Assembly (NCBI GenBank): GCA_963514005.1
Contig: OY740807.1
Span: forward strand, 14,570,001-14,634,000
Direction of reading: 5' to 3'
Length of the DNA stretch: 64,000 nt
Origin: Raja brachyura
Lineage: Eukaryota
The position numbers and the translations under genes were made by a program. Below, in pieces: positions 36,949 through 50,245 of this stretch (its first letter is position 1; every line of letters begins with the position of its first letter). Under the pieces are notes generated by a model. That model was not told the origin of the DNA and did not search any database. It saw only the letters and a list, made by a program, of their open reading frames with translations.

Positions 36949-38885
36949 TTTTTAACACTAATGAGCAAAGAACAGTTTGTCATCCATCCTCAGCACCATC
37001 AATTTATTGATTATGGTGTTGTTGCTATTTCTCTCAGATTTTCTGTCTAGAATTGGAGAGTTACTTACTGCAGATGGAAAGTATCTTATGTTACACAAAT
37101 TAACAGCCAGTAATGAATGATAAATGGCGATGATGTTCAACATTGTATTTGTACCTCCCTGGGGATACAGTTCTCCAATTCATTCTCCACAATATGTTAC
37201 CACACATGGCTGGGTACTGTCAGAAAATACCACAACAATTTCTAATCTAGGGGACTTATAGAAAGCTTTCAATTTTTGGATTTTTATCCCATTGTTTATC
37301 CCACCAAAAATCCCTGGATTTTCCTATGTGAGATTGCCACCGTTTCCCATCAATACTGTCTGGAAACACAGGACTCTCACAGTAAGGTATGAATATGGAA
37401 AATCCAAACTTCCCTACTTGTTGTTCTGTCTGTACTCTGATCTTGGATTCCTCATTTAAAAAAAAACAAGAATTTTAGAATTTTGCAACCATATAATTAA
37501 GTTTTAGTCATTTTTTGGCACTCAAAAACTGATAGCTGAGGTTGTGGCTAAACTGTTTGCCAAAGCATTACTTTGTGCAACATTTTCTGTTTCCATAGAT
37601 CCACTTCAATCATGTTAAAACAGAGTTCTTGGATGAAATACCATTGGAAAATCCACTCCTGTAAGTATGGATTTCCCAGGAATGGATGGACTACACTCCG
37701 AGGAAACTTTCAGCCATTAACTTTGAATGACAATGACTGTTTACTTGCATTTTCCAAATAATTAGTTTGTCCCTATTCTTACTACTAAACTACACGAGCT
37801 CACAGTTATCTATTGAACTTTAGTTGCTAATTATCTCCCCATGTTTTAACATGCACATAACTTTATATAGACTGAAGTGACAATAAACTAAGGTAATGAT
37901 TGGAATAGGGTCCCCATGTTTCCATGCTGTTGAAGGAACAGTTGGTGCCACGTTAAAGCCACCCCTCACATGCTTCTCACTTCCAAATGAATCTACCAGC
38001 AGAACTGTTCACTCTTTTGAGATTGCTTTTCAGCCAAGTACCATCCACTGTCCGAAACATGACAAACCAATGACACAAGACATTGCTTGTAGATGTGATA
38101 ATTGGCACATCCAACATTTGAATATGATTATAATTTTGTGTACTTTCTTTCTGCATTTCTTCAATTTAATACAGCGAATGTCAGGTGATGCACACCACAT
38201 TAAAGGTTTTCATAGGTGAATATTAGGATGCCTGCAGATTCTGTTGTGCTCTGGGCTCAGCCGGTGGGGCTCGCTCTGAATGCGCCTATAGGACTGATTC
38301 AAAGCATAAGCACAGCTGTAGGCAGGCTACTGTGGTGAAGTGACATTTACCTAATACAGCTGTAAATTTACAGATAATTACTGGGCAACTGACAATGATG
38401 CACTCTGACAAATACACTACCAATGTCCTTAAAAATCATGTGATTCCTACAGAGATTTAAAATTTTTAAAAGGCCAACTCCACCCTCATTAGAATTGCTG
38501 ATAAAATAAAAAGTCACATATTATTAGACAGCAGAGCCCATTTAACAGAAAACAGACTAAAATCACAAGTTCCAGGTGGAACCTATTTCAGGTGGCAGTT
38601 GACTGGTGGGATTATGAGGCCCAGACGTTAAACGTGACCAGGTCTTCCAACACAGAACCCTGGAGAGAAACTACATTGAGAGTTTCCCAGTTGGAATGTT
38701 CTCCACTTCCACCCCTAAACGGAGTGTATGCAATTACCTGTCCTTGAATATGGCATCACCATTAATAGGCAAGTAGAACGTCAATGGACTTCAAGAAAAT
38801 ATCATTCTGTGTTGCCAAATACAAAAGTCAGAAGAACTGTAGGTGCTGTGGGTTATTCTGTGCCAGTTGCATTGGTCTTCTAAGA

Positions 38886-39310
38886 CAGTGATTCGCAAAG
38901 TTTTGATACCCGTGTACCCCTTCATAAATTTCCATAAGCATCTTGAACCCCTCGTTAAAAACAATCGTATTTCATAGTAAAAGTCGATAAAAGTTGCATG
39001 CATTTTTATTTTGGATTAAGTTATGCATGTAAACTAAAGTTTTCTATAATATAATGTATAATTACTGGAATAAAATTAATAAAGTATCCATTAAATACAT
39101 TTTTAATTACAATAATTTATCATCAATGTGAAGGATGAAATTGCTTATGTTGGGAAATATTTTGGCAACATCTGGCTCTGTAGTTGTTAATTTCAACCTC
39201 AGTTGCGGTTCGACATCTAATGTGCGTGTTGCAGTGCTAATTTTTCAGGTGCCGGAGCTGTCAAACAAGGCGTCATTTCAGGTTTTGCTGGGGGGGGGGC
39301 AAGCTAGTCT
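38886..39310. mobile_element. Possible hAT-type DNA transposon remnant
   Basis: CAGTGATTCGCAAAGT...CGTGTACCCC start resembles Charlie-type TIR and subterminal motifs; no matching right TIR found. Confidence 0.3.
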
Positions 39311-39867
39311 CCCAAGAGGGTCAAACAAGATTATAGCCTATCACTACATCCCAGTGTATAACGTACAATAAGATATATAATACTTAATTTAATATGACAA
39401 AATATTGCAAGGTATTTGTAGAATACACATCTACAATGATGTGCAGAATGCAATAAATACCTCAATATATTTTTCAATTAGGCAATACACTGATTCAGGC
39501 ATGGTGGACTATAAACAGGAGTTTAAGTATTTTGGAAGATCTCCAATATGCAGTGACATCAAATAAAAATTCTGTTAGGTCATGTTATTTTCAGATAGTA
39601 TTTAAGGTTAACTTTCTAAACCAATATTTTGCTATTGGGGTTTTAAGAATAGTGTTCGATGCCGATTTGAATTTTTCTTGTGGGACCTGTAATATGTTTT
39701 TGTCAGTAATCAAAGTAGAAATGATAAACTTTCTGGCAATATGATTCCATAACATATGATTACATAACATATGTAGCATGACAGGATGGGATCAGCCCCT
39801 CCAAGATGCTGGAAAGTGATATCCATTTTGCTATTTATAACTTGTGGAGAAGTTATCATTTGAAACC

Positions 39868-42250
39868 AATATGTGGAAGAACTGACTGGAGGACAGGCCA
39901 TCCTCGACTGGGTATTGTGTAATGATGAAGGATTAGTTAGCGATCTTGTTGTGCAAAGCCCCTTGGGCAACAGTGAGCATAACATAGTGAAATTCTGCGT
40001 CAGGATGGAAAGTAACACAGTTAATTCAGAGACTAGGGTCCTGAACTTAAAGAAGGGAGACTTTGAAGGTATGAGACGGGAATTGGCTTGGTTAGACTGG
40101 CAAATTATACTTAAAGGGTTGACAGTGGAGATGGAATGGCAAAGATTTAAAGACCGCATGGATGAACTACAAAAATTGTTCACCCCTGTCTGGCGAAAAA
40201 ATAAAATGGGGAAGGTGGCTCAACCGTGGCTGATGAGGAAAATCATGGATAGTGTTAAATCCAAGGAACCAGCATATAAATTGGCCTGAGAAAGCAGCAG
40301 ACTGGGAGAAATTTAGAACGCAACAGCGGAGGACAAAGGGGTTAATTAAGAGGGGGAAAAAGCAGCATGAAAGAAAACGCAGGGAATATAAAAACTGACT
40401 CTAAAAGCTTCTTTAGATATGTAGAAAGGAAAAGATTAGTGGAGACAAATGTAGATCCCTTACAATCAAAGACATGTGAATATATACTATGTGAATATAT
40501 AATGAGAAAAAAAGAAATGGCAGAACAGTTAAACGAGTACTTTGGTTCTGTCTTCACTAAGGAAGACACAAACAATCTCCCAGAAATAGTAGGGGACTGA
40601 GAGTCTAGTGGGAGGGAGGAACTGAAGGGAATCCACATTAGTCAAGAAATGGTGCTAGGTAAACTATTAGGACTGAAGGCAGATAAATCCCCAGGGCCTG
40701 ATGGTCTGCATCCCAGAGTACTCAAGGAGGTGCCCCTAGAAATAGAGGATGCATTGGTAATTATTTTCCAATGTTCTCTCGACTCTAGGTCAGTTCCTGT
40801 GAACTGGAGGGTAGCCAATGTAACCCGACTGTTTAAGAAAGGAGGGGGAGAGAAAACGGGGAATTATAGACCAGTAAGCCCTACAGAGGTAGTGGGGAAG
40901 ATGCTTGAGTCGATTGTTAAAGATGTTATAGCAGCGCATTTGGAAAGCAGTGACAGGAAAGGTCAAAGTCAGCAAGGATTTATGAAGGGGTAATCATGCT
41001 TAACTAATCTTCTGGAGTTTTTTGAGGACGTAACAAGTAGAATGGATAAGGGAGAGCCAACGGATGTGGTGTATCTGGACTTTCAAAAAGCCTTTGACAA
41101 GGTCGCACACAAGAGATTAGTGTGCAAAATTGGAGCATATGGTATTGGAGGGCTGGTATTGACATGGATAGAGAACTGGGTGGCAGACAGGAAGCTAAGA
41201 GTAGGAATTAATGAGTCCTTTTCAGAATGGCAAGCAGTGACTAGTGGGGTGCCGCAAGGCTCGGTGCTGGGACCCCAGTTATTTACAATATATATGTTAA
41301 CGATTTAGACGAGGGAATTAAATGTGACATCTCCAAGTTTGCAGATGCCACAAAGCTGGGTGGCAGTGTGAGCTGCGATGAGGATGCTATGAGGTTGCAG
41401 GGTGACTTGGATAGGTTGAGTAAGTTGGCAGAAGCAGTATAATGTGGATAAATGTGAGGTTATCCACGTTGGTGGCAAGAACTGGAAGGCAGATTATTAT
41501 CTGAATGGTGTCAGATTCGGAAAAGGGGAGGTGCAATGAGACCTGGGTGTGCTTGTACATCAGTCACTGAAAGTAAGCATGCAGGTACAGCAGGCAGTGA
41601 AGAAAGATAATGGCATGTTGGCCTTCATTGTGAGAGGATTTGAGTTTAGGAGCAAGGAGGTCCTACTGCAGTTGTACAGGGCCCTGATGAGACTGCACCT
41701 GAGATATTGTGTACAAATTTGGTCTCTTAATTTGAGGAATGAAATTCTTTCTATTGAGGGAGTGCAGCATGGGTTCACCAGGTTAATTCCCGGGATGGCG
41801 GGACTGACATATGATGAAAGAATGGGTTGACTGGACGGGGTTCACTGGAATTTAGAAGAACGAGAGGGGATCTTATAGAAACATATAAAATTCTTAAAGG
41901 ATTGGAAGACCAGATGCAGGAAAAATTTTCCCGATGTTGGGGGAGTCCAGAAACAAGGGTCACAGTTTAAGAAATAAGGAGTAGGCCATTTAGGACTGAA
42001 ATGAGGAAAAACTTCTTCACCCAGTGAGTTGTGAATCTGTGGAATTCTCTGCCACAGAAGGCAGTGAAGGCCAATTCACTGATTGTTTTCAAGAGAGAGT
42101 TAGATTTAGCTCTTAGGGCGAATGGAATCAAGGGATATGGGGGAAAAACACAAACTGGGTACTGATTTTAGATGATCAGCCATGATCATATTGAATGGCG
42201 GTGCTGGCTCGAGGGGCCAAATGGCCTACTCCTGCACCTATTTTATCTGT
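39868..42250 (+). mobile_element. CR1/HER1-like LINE, ~2.4 kb (end of APE endonuclease, RT, 3' UTR), pseudogenised
   Basis: ILDWVL..PLGNSEHNIV (EN SDH motif); KSPGPDGLHPRVLKE; NYRPVS; YLDFQKAFDKV; GVPQGSVLGP; SKFADATK; tail GGCCTACTCCTGCACCTATT. Multiple stops and frameshifts. Confidence 0.95.
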
Positions 42251-43478
42251 GTTCCCAAACCTGCTTTTAACAATAATCCTGAAATAACTCAACAACCCTT
42301 CAAAGTTCTGCAATAATTTCCTTTAGGAATTTGCCCCTTGCACTCCAAAACATGTCTGGAGAATATGTGACTGAGAAAGATGGAAGAGAAAGGATGAAGG
42401 ATACCAGGAAGACTGCTTTTTCCCAAAGCCTTCCTGTGAACCTTGTCACTTCCTTTTCTTGGCGGTTGCTTTGCTCTGATTTGCAACAAAAATATACACT
42501 TGTTTCACTTCCAGCAAGAAACCCATTCCTTATTTGGATAATCTGCCAGAATGTAAACGCATCTTAAGAATTGAAAGAAATCGCGGGGTGATTGTTCAGT
42601 AGCTAATGCTGGTTTCAGATACAATAAAGTCAACAAACTGGATGATTGTTAAGGTTAATTGTGACCCCGCAGGAAAGTGGTAACAAGTAAAAGTGAAGAA
42701 CACCCAAGAGGACAAATTCCTAGTGCCATGAGAAATAAACAACAGGAGGGAATTATTTCCTTTGGCAACTGCTACCTCCTGACTTAAAGCTCAAAGGAGC
42801 AGTGGGAATGCCATGGTCCAGCTTGCTCTGCATTTACCCTACAACATTTGCTTGTATTGCAATCCTATTTTTTAAAATCACAATTCAATTTGTGTCACGA
42901 TTTCTGCACAGCCCAAGGGTGAATCTCAGCTGTGATAAATCACCTTCCACTTCACAAGTTGCTAATCCGAGCGATCGAGAAGAAAAAAATTAAAACCATT
43001 TTGCAGCCTTTGAAAGAGCAATGGAATTCTCTCAGGTTTTCAAACCAGAAATTGTTAGCAGTGCACAGAAAGGATAGTGCGTAAATGACAGCTTCCAGAC
43101 GAAGCAAGATTTGTCAGATCTACTTTAATACAGGTGCAGTTTATCCATTTTTTATATGTGCAGCATTTGTATGTGGATGAAATAAAAAAAATAATTAGGT
43201 CTTATTTGTATTTCCCTGTTAGGCAACACACCATTCACAAAAATATAGTCACTGGAACAGCAAAGTCATCAGATGAAAAGGTATAAAAACACACAGAACA
43301 TCTTTGAGCATACTTTCAGCCTGGGTAGAATTCACTCAAAGAATTAGGCTTGTAGGACTGATGCAACATGTCATGTCGTATGCCAGTGCAAATGCGAATC
43401 CATTGAAGTCAGTGAATATCATGTATGTAAGGTCTGATGAAGAGTCCAGCATCTATCCCTGTGTAAATCATGCTCTAA

Positions 43479-43659
43479 GGTAGACAAAAGTGCTGGAGAA
43501 ACTCAGCGGGTGAGGCAGCATCTATGGAGCGAAGGAAATGGGCAACGATTCGGCCCAAAACATTGCCTATTTCCTTCGCTCCATAGATGCTGCCTCACCT
43601 GCTGAGTTTCTCCAGCACTTTTGTCTACCTTCGATTTTCCAGCATCCGCAGTTCCTTCT
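43479..43659. mobile_element. Palindromic Penelope-derived element with 15-bp TSD and deleted centre
   Basis: GGTAGACAAAAGTGCTGGAGAAACTCAGC.../...GCTGAGTTTCTCCAGCACTTTTGTCTACC arms; TSD TAAATCATGCTCTAA at 43464-43478 and 43660-43674. Confidence 0.9.
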
Positions 43660-44469
43660 TAAATCATGCTCTAAACAGCTTGTGTATAACAACGGGTATA
43701 AATGGGTCCAATTTCTAGACATAGATGTTAATTATAGAAAGCAGTGCAAGGAAAACTAAGCACCATCAAGCTGCTCACCAAACAGGAGATAGTCATTTAC
43801 ACAACCTACTCTTCAGTGAATATTGCTAAAGACAACTATCCTGTTGTCTATAGACTGGACTATACCGCACCTATTTCATAGACATGTAATAGATGCAATT
43901 TTGTGTCGAAGATTCTAGCTGACCTGATAATACACTGAACCACTTTTCAGGTGACAAAAAACAGGCATTAAAGCCCCCCGATCTAACTGTCCAATTTTAT
44001 TCTGATCCACCAAGGGACACTGGATTCCAATGAGTAGAGCCCGAAGCTGCTCAGGAGTCAACAAGATGCCAAATGGACTTTATTTTCTGGAATCTCAAAA
44101 TCAGCATCTATTTTTTAATCATTTCACAATTAAATCATTTCGGAGAAGAGTTGTTACTTGACACCATTCTTATTCCTTTCTATTGACTTTCTGTAGCAAG
44201 AAGTATGAGATGATTATCGGAAGAACAGTCTGGCATGTGTGCTGTCCGTGGTCAGTTACAGTATGGTCATTAGCTCAGCATGTTGCACAAATCACAATAA
44301 ATGTTGCAGTTAAATCTCTGGCACAGAATCTTTGTTCTCTTTCTTAAACATGCTGATAATATCCAGAGTAAAATTCATAGCGAGTGCACCACTGGCCCAA
44401 GCTGAGTCAATGGCTTTGTGCTACATTCTTTTACTTTCCAGGTGTCAGTTGATAGCAGTCCAGAGTGGT

Positions 44470-45070
44470 AAATGTGATGAGAGGTAGTTGCAGCTCCTCA
44501 AACGATTAAAAAAGCTTATGGAATTCTTTCCTTTACTAGCCAATGCAGAGAATGTAAGGGGAGTATGTTCAAAGTGTATATAGCATCCGTTCGACCACAC
44601 ATGGGTGCACAAAAAGATAAGATTGTATTGGAGAGGGTGCAGGAGAAATTTGTGAAGCTGGGCTGGAAAACAGCAGGTATGAGAAAAGATTGGATGATCT
44701 GGAATTTTGTTTCTAGAACTGAGGAGACTGAGGGGAGATTTAAGTTAGGGATATATATTTGCAGAGTAATGAGAAAGGATCTATTTATTTCCTTTAACAA
44801 AAAATCAGGGGGCATAAATTTAATCTATTTGATTGATAGAAGGATTAATGGAGGAAAAGTTTTTCTTCATGCAGTTGGGAAACTGGAACTCACTGACAAG
44901 GGAGTGAAAGGCAGGAAGGCTCATCACATTTAAAAAGTCTGAAGAGCCATGAACTACAGGGTGAGATATGCACTGCTGGATTTAGCATGGTAGTTCTTTT
45001 GTAACTGGCACAGGGGCGATGCAGTGCTTGACTTTTTTGATATTGTAACTTTTCTATGATTCTTTGATGA
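44470..45070 (+). mobile_element. Old CR1 LINE 3' fragment
   Basis: VYIASVRPHM..KDKIVLERVQEKF; ends in a TTCTATGATTCT tail. Confidence 0.7.
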
Positions 45071-46369
45071 CTCAGCATCAACTAGAAAATCACTTCTGGA
45101 TGTTCTCTGTGTTGTTCACTGGTTTATCAGGACATGTCTTTTCCTCAAAGGAAGAAAAATATTGATAGGCCAATAGCATTTTGCCGTGGTTCAAATATGT
45201 GATGCAATGTCCTATGAGGAGGCAAAGTTTCACCAAATATCAGAATTTGGGTTCTGGGAAACATGGTGGAGAAATTAAAAACTGAGCTTTTAAGAGTGCC
45301 AGTGATCTTGGAGGCTTATGGAGCCATAGGACATTGCAGAATTAGGGAGAAATGTCAAAACAACTCTTGAGAGTTATCAAATGAAGGTGCTGTCAGGCCT
45401 GTAACAGTCACGAAGCAACAGTTTGCTGAGCAGATATTTTTGTTCCTTAACAACATTCCATCATAGGATCTTCCACACCTTGAAACAATTAATCTACTGC
45501 ATCATAACCATGCAGATGAAACGATATCAAGTGAGACCTGAATCCTTTTTGCGTTTTACACACACACTCGCAATATGACCTGTGCGATTGGGCTCCTGGG
45601 TATGGCAATAAGCCTGACTGAAAAGGTAAAAGACTTGTTTCAAGCCTCTACACTGTGTCTACAGGTTATTGAACTGACCATTGCATAATTTTACTTCATT
45701 TTATGTTGGCAGTGGAGTGGTTGGGGGGAGTTGAGGGGGGGGGAGGGGGCTGGCTCTTTGTCTCTGGACTGAGTCTTTGTCTCCGGACTGAGGCCTCTCA
45801 ATAAAACAGTTACAAGTGGACGAGTTAGGGATTGGAAATAGCATCTGTAAACTTGTACCAAGAAATGAAGTAATGTATCACCCATATTTTAAGATATTGG
45901 AGTTAATGTAACTGAAATGTGCTCATTAAATCTCATATCAGGTTTGAATAGATGTGGGCCTCATTTTGCCCATTTTAGAAATGTATCAACTGGGTACAAT
46001 TCTTGGTAAAGCAACATAAAATTAGAAAGACTACTTCTGTATTTACCATGCTACATTCATTCTTTGACCACTTGATGTAGACTCTAGGTGCTTGAAATCT
46101 ACTGCTACTACCCTTCACAATAACAAAATAAAGCATTAGGAGACCTGGTTAAAGAAGCTAATAGACACTGGTATTACCTTCTTATATTTCAGTTCCAACG
46201 AGCTGGCAATTTCCTTTCTTATTGTAAGCCCTCGAGATGAGTGCAGCATAGCTAAGCATGCCTTTATTACATGTAAAGTTCACAACTCCTTGGCTGATCT
46301 CTTGATCCTATATCAAAACACCAGCTGTTTCCTGTCTGGGGCTGCCTTGCGTGAGTTAGTCCTCCTCTA

Positions 46370-48015
46370 TAATGCCCTCCATAATGTTTGGGACAAAGAC
46401 CCATCATTTATTTATTTGCCTCTGTACTCCACAATTTGAGATTTGTAATAGAAAAAATGCATATGTGGTTAAAATGCACAATGTCAGATTTTATTAAAGG
46501 CCATTTTTATACATTTTGGTTTCACCATATAGAAATCACAGTTGTGTTTATACCTAGCCCCCCATTTCAGGGCACCATAATGTTTGGGACATATGGCTTC
46601 ACAGGTCTTTGTAATTGCTCAGTATGTTTCATTGCCTCCTTAATGCAGGTATAAGACCTCTCAGCACCTAGTCTTTCCTCCAGTCTATCCATCACCTTTG
46701 GAAACTTTTTTTGCTGTTTATCAACATGAGGACCAAAGTTGTGCCAATGAAAGTCAAAAAAGCCATTGTGAGACTGAGAAACATGAATAAAACTGTTATG
46801 GACATCAGCCACACCTTAGGCTTACCAAAGTCAACTGTTTGGAACATCATTAAGAAGAAATAGAGCACTGGTGAGCTTACTAATCGCAAAGGGACTGGCA
46901 GGCCAAGGAAAACATGCACAGCTGATGACAGAAGAATTCTCTCTATAATTAAAAAAAAATCCCCAAACACCTGTCCGACAGATAGAAACACTCTTCGGGA
47001 GTCAGGTGTGGATTTGTCAATGATCATTGTCCGCAGAAGACTTCATGAACAGAAATACAGAGGCTACACTACAAGATGCAAACCACTGGTTAGCCGCAAA
47101 AATAGGATGACCAGCTTACAGTTTGCGAAGAAGTACTTAAAAGAGTAACGACAGTTCTGGAAAAAGGTCTTGTGGACAGATGAGACGAAGATTAACTTAT
47201 ATCAGAGTGATGGCAAGAGCAAAGTATTGAGGAGAGAAGGAACTGCCCAAGATCCAAAGCATACCGCCTCATCTGTGAAACACGGAGGGGGTGCTATGGC
47301 CTGGGCATGTATAGCTGCGGTAGGTACTGGTTCACTGATCGTCATTGATGATACAACTGCTGATGGTAGTGGCATAATGAATTCTGAAGTGTATAGACAC
47401 ATCCTATCTGCTCACGTTCAAACAAATGCCTAAAAACTCACTGGCCGGAGGTTCATTCTACAGCAAGACAATGATCCCAAACATACTGCTAAAGCAACAA
47501 AGGAGTTTTTCAAAGCTAAAAAATTGTCAATTCTTGAGTGGCCAAGACAATCACCCGATGTGAACCCTATTGAGCGTGCCTTTTATATGCTGAAGAGAAA
47601 ACTGAAGGGGACTGGTCCCCAAAACAAGCAATAAGCTAAAGATGGCTGCAATACAGGCCTGGCAGAGCATGACCAGAGAAGACACCCAGCAACTGGTGAT
47701 GTCCATGAATCGCAGACTTCAAACAGTTATTGCATGCAAAGGATATGCAACAAAATACTAAACATGACTACTTTCATTTACATGACGTTGCTGTGTCCCA
47801 AACATTATGGTGCTCTGAAATGGGGGCACTATGTATAAACGCTGCTGTAATTTCTACATGGTGAAACCAAAATGTATAAAAATGGCCTTTATTAAAATCT
47901 GACAATGTGCACTTTAACCATATGAGATTTTGTCTATTACAAATCTCAAATTATGGAGTACAGAGGCAAATAAATAAAGGCTGGGTCTTTGTCCCAAACA
48001 TTATGGAGGGCACTG
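46370..48015 (+). mobile_element. Full-length Tc1-family DNA transposon with IR/DR ends (~1.65 kb)
   Basis: Inverted repeats of ~222 bp (46370-46591, 47794-48015), each with two CCATAATGTTTGGGACA direct repeats; TA immediately left; encloses the transposase. Confidence 0.95.
46726..47761 (+). pseudogene. Tc1 DD34E transposase, disrupted
   Basis: MRTKVVPMKVK..GRPRK..WTDETK..KHGGG..QQDNDPKH-(D34E)-WPRQSPDVNPIE..GYATKY*; in-frame stops at 46861, 47146 and 47431, plus frameshifts. Confidence 0.93.
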
Positions 48016-50245
48016 TGTATCAGCTGCCAGCCTTAATCCCTGTTGTGGAAAGCTGCAAAAATATTCATTACTCTCCCATCTCTGCCTCCCCAATCCACCT
48101 CCCTCAATATATCCCAGGCTTGACAGCCGGAACTGGCTGAGGAAGTACCTTAATGGTTACCAAACTTTTGGGAACTGTTTTGGCTTTGCTGAACTAAACA
48201 TGTGTTAAAAGCAGACAACATTGGCAATCGCCACTTGACCTTGTGAGAGAGCAGGGGGGGTCACAAATTTTCAGAAAACCACAAACTTAACCAGTTAATA
48301 TAAATGAGCAAAGGCATGAGTAGACCGAGGGGAGATGTGAGCACGCTGATTTCCAGATGTTTGACAAACTGCTACAGAAACATTGCAAACCGGGGTCAAC
48401 GGTTTCCGTCACGGCTCTGTGGGGTTCCTGGCAAGAAAAAACACAAGACCTCTCACAAGCATCAGGATTCTACGCAGCTGTCAAACTATTTAGAATGAAA
48501 GGTGGGGGGGTGAAGAGAGGAAGAAAAATTAAATGAATCAGCTCAGATAGGATGCTTAAATAGGTTACCTTAAAAAATAGTTAAACTTTCATATGAGTTT
48601 ACACAAGAGCTGTTTGCTCTTCTCAGCATATGTCTCTGCCAGTGATACTGTGCACATCTCCAAGAATATCCGGTTGTTCCTTTATATATAATAAATCTTT
48701 GCATGGCTCCCTGATTCAGATCTAATAACCATAACTTACGGCTCTCAGCATTAGAGAACTGCTATAAACTGTGCTTCTTTTAAGGCTCTCTCTTTCCTCA
48801 GTGCTGGAGGTGTAGGAACAAAATATAATCTCACTAGGCTGCCCACTTTATTAATATGTTGGAATCTGACACCAGCACCAGAATTTTTTTCACTTCTGTG
48901 AATTCTGGTTATTATTACAGACACATATTTTATAATGTGTGCAGCTTATGGAATTTCTCTATAAATCTATTCCTGGTAAACCATGCAAAAATGCTGTTGA
49001 GGATTGCAGTACTGTGCACAGAATACTGGTTTTGACCTGTAACAAGTGAAAATGTTTAAAAACAAACAAGAGACTTTTATAAAATTGGTCAGCATTTAAT
49101 TTAAAATTTCTGAAACAGTTAGTGTGGTATGAAACAGATTATGATAGACAGTGTTCAATAATGTTGTCCATGCAAACTTTTATTGTTTCTCCCACTCATC
49201 ATTCTTTACTGCAGTTTTGTATTCACCCCTGTCCTGTCTGGCTGAGGAAATGCAGCTTATTTCCCCACATTACTTTATATAAGCTACTGGGGAGGTACAT
49301 TACATGCCCGTGACATTTGACAATTCTTCCAACTTTCTTTTCCTGAGATACTTGCGCTTCATACCCCTCTGAAAGCTATTAGCTGCAACGAGGGTCTATT
49401 GTGTTGGAATATTTGGAGAATAGTTGCTTCCTACCCTCCACACTACAGTCTTCCTCAGGAGGATCAGGAGCAGCTAGTATTTAGGACATGATGTGATCGC
49501 TCTCACCCTTATTTATTATTTTTCCGCAAATGAAAACCACTGCATTTAAAATATAACCTTCACAAGGAGGGTAATATTAGGTGCAGTGGACCACATTAGG
49601 CGGTAGTGACATTGGATTAAGCTGAGGATGGAAATATTTTTGTAGGCAGACTTTGCTTCTGAAATCAGCAGAGAGAAAGTCCAGCAACAAACCTTGAGAC
49701 TGGTTTGACGGAGGCCACAGGGTGTTTCAGTTCTACATGTCTTTAGGCAGGTAGGACATTTGGAAAGAAGGAGTGTCTGTTATAATTAGAGTCTCACGAA
49801 CAATGGGCAATAAATCCTAGCCTTGGTGTCGATGGCTGATATTTATAAATGAACATGGGCCAGGGGGGAGTTAGAAGAGAAGAGCATCTAGTTCTAAATC
49901 ATTATTTAAATTGGTTTTCTGGAGCATGTTTGATTGCCTTGAGTGTTCAGAAGAAACTTCAACATTTGCCTTTTTGTTATATCTGCCTAAGGATCATAGG
50001 ATTAGGAATGGCCCCTGAGTCTAATCCACCCTGGGTTCATGGCTGATCTAACTACATGAATCGGCCCTTTCACCATATATCTTCATACATGGTTACTTGT
50101 TTAAAAATATACATTAGGATTGAGAAGCATAACCTATCCTTTACAAATCCCTGCTGGTTTTATCTGATCAACTTAAAATTTTAAAGTTGTTTCATTAGCT
50201 CTAAAATAATCTGTAATCTTCTCACTCACCTCTTTTAAAATCTAA

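Noticed and set aside
48878-48910. Small hairpin ACCAGAATT...AATTCTGGT
   Set aside because: A 9-bp stem in AT-rich DNA is expected by chance; no TSD or second copy.
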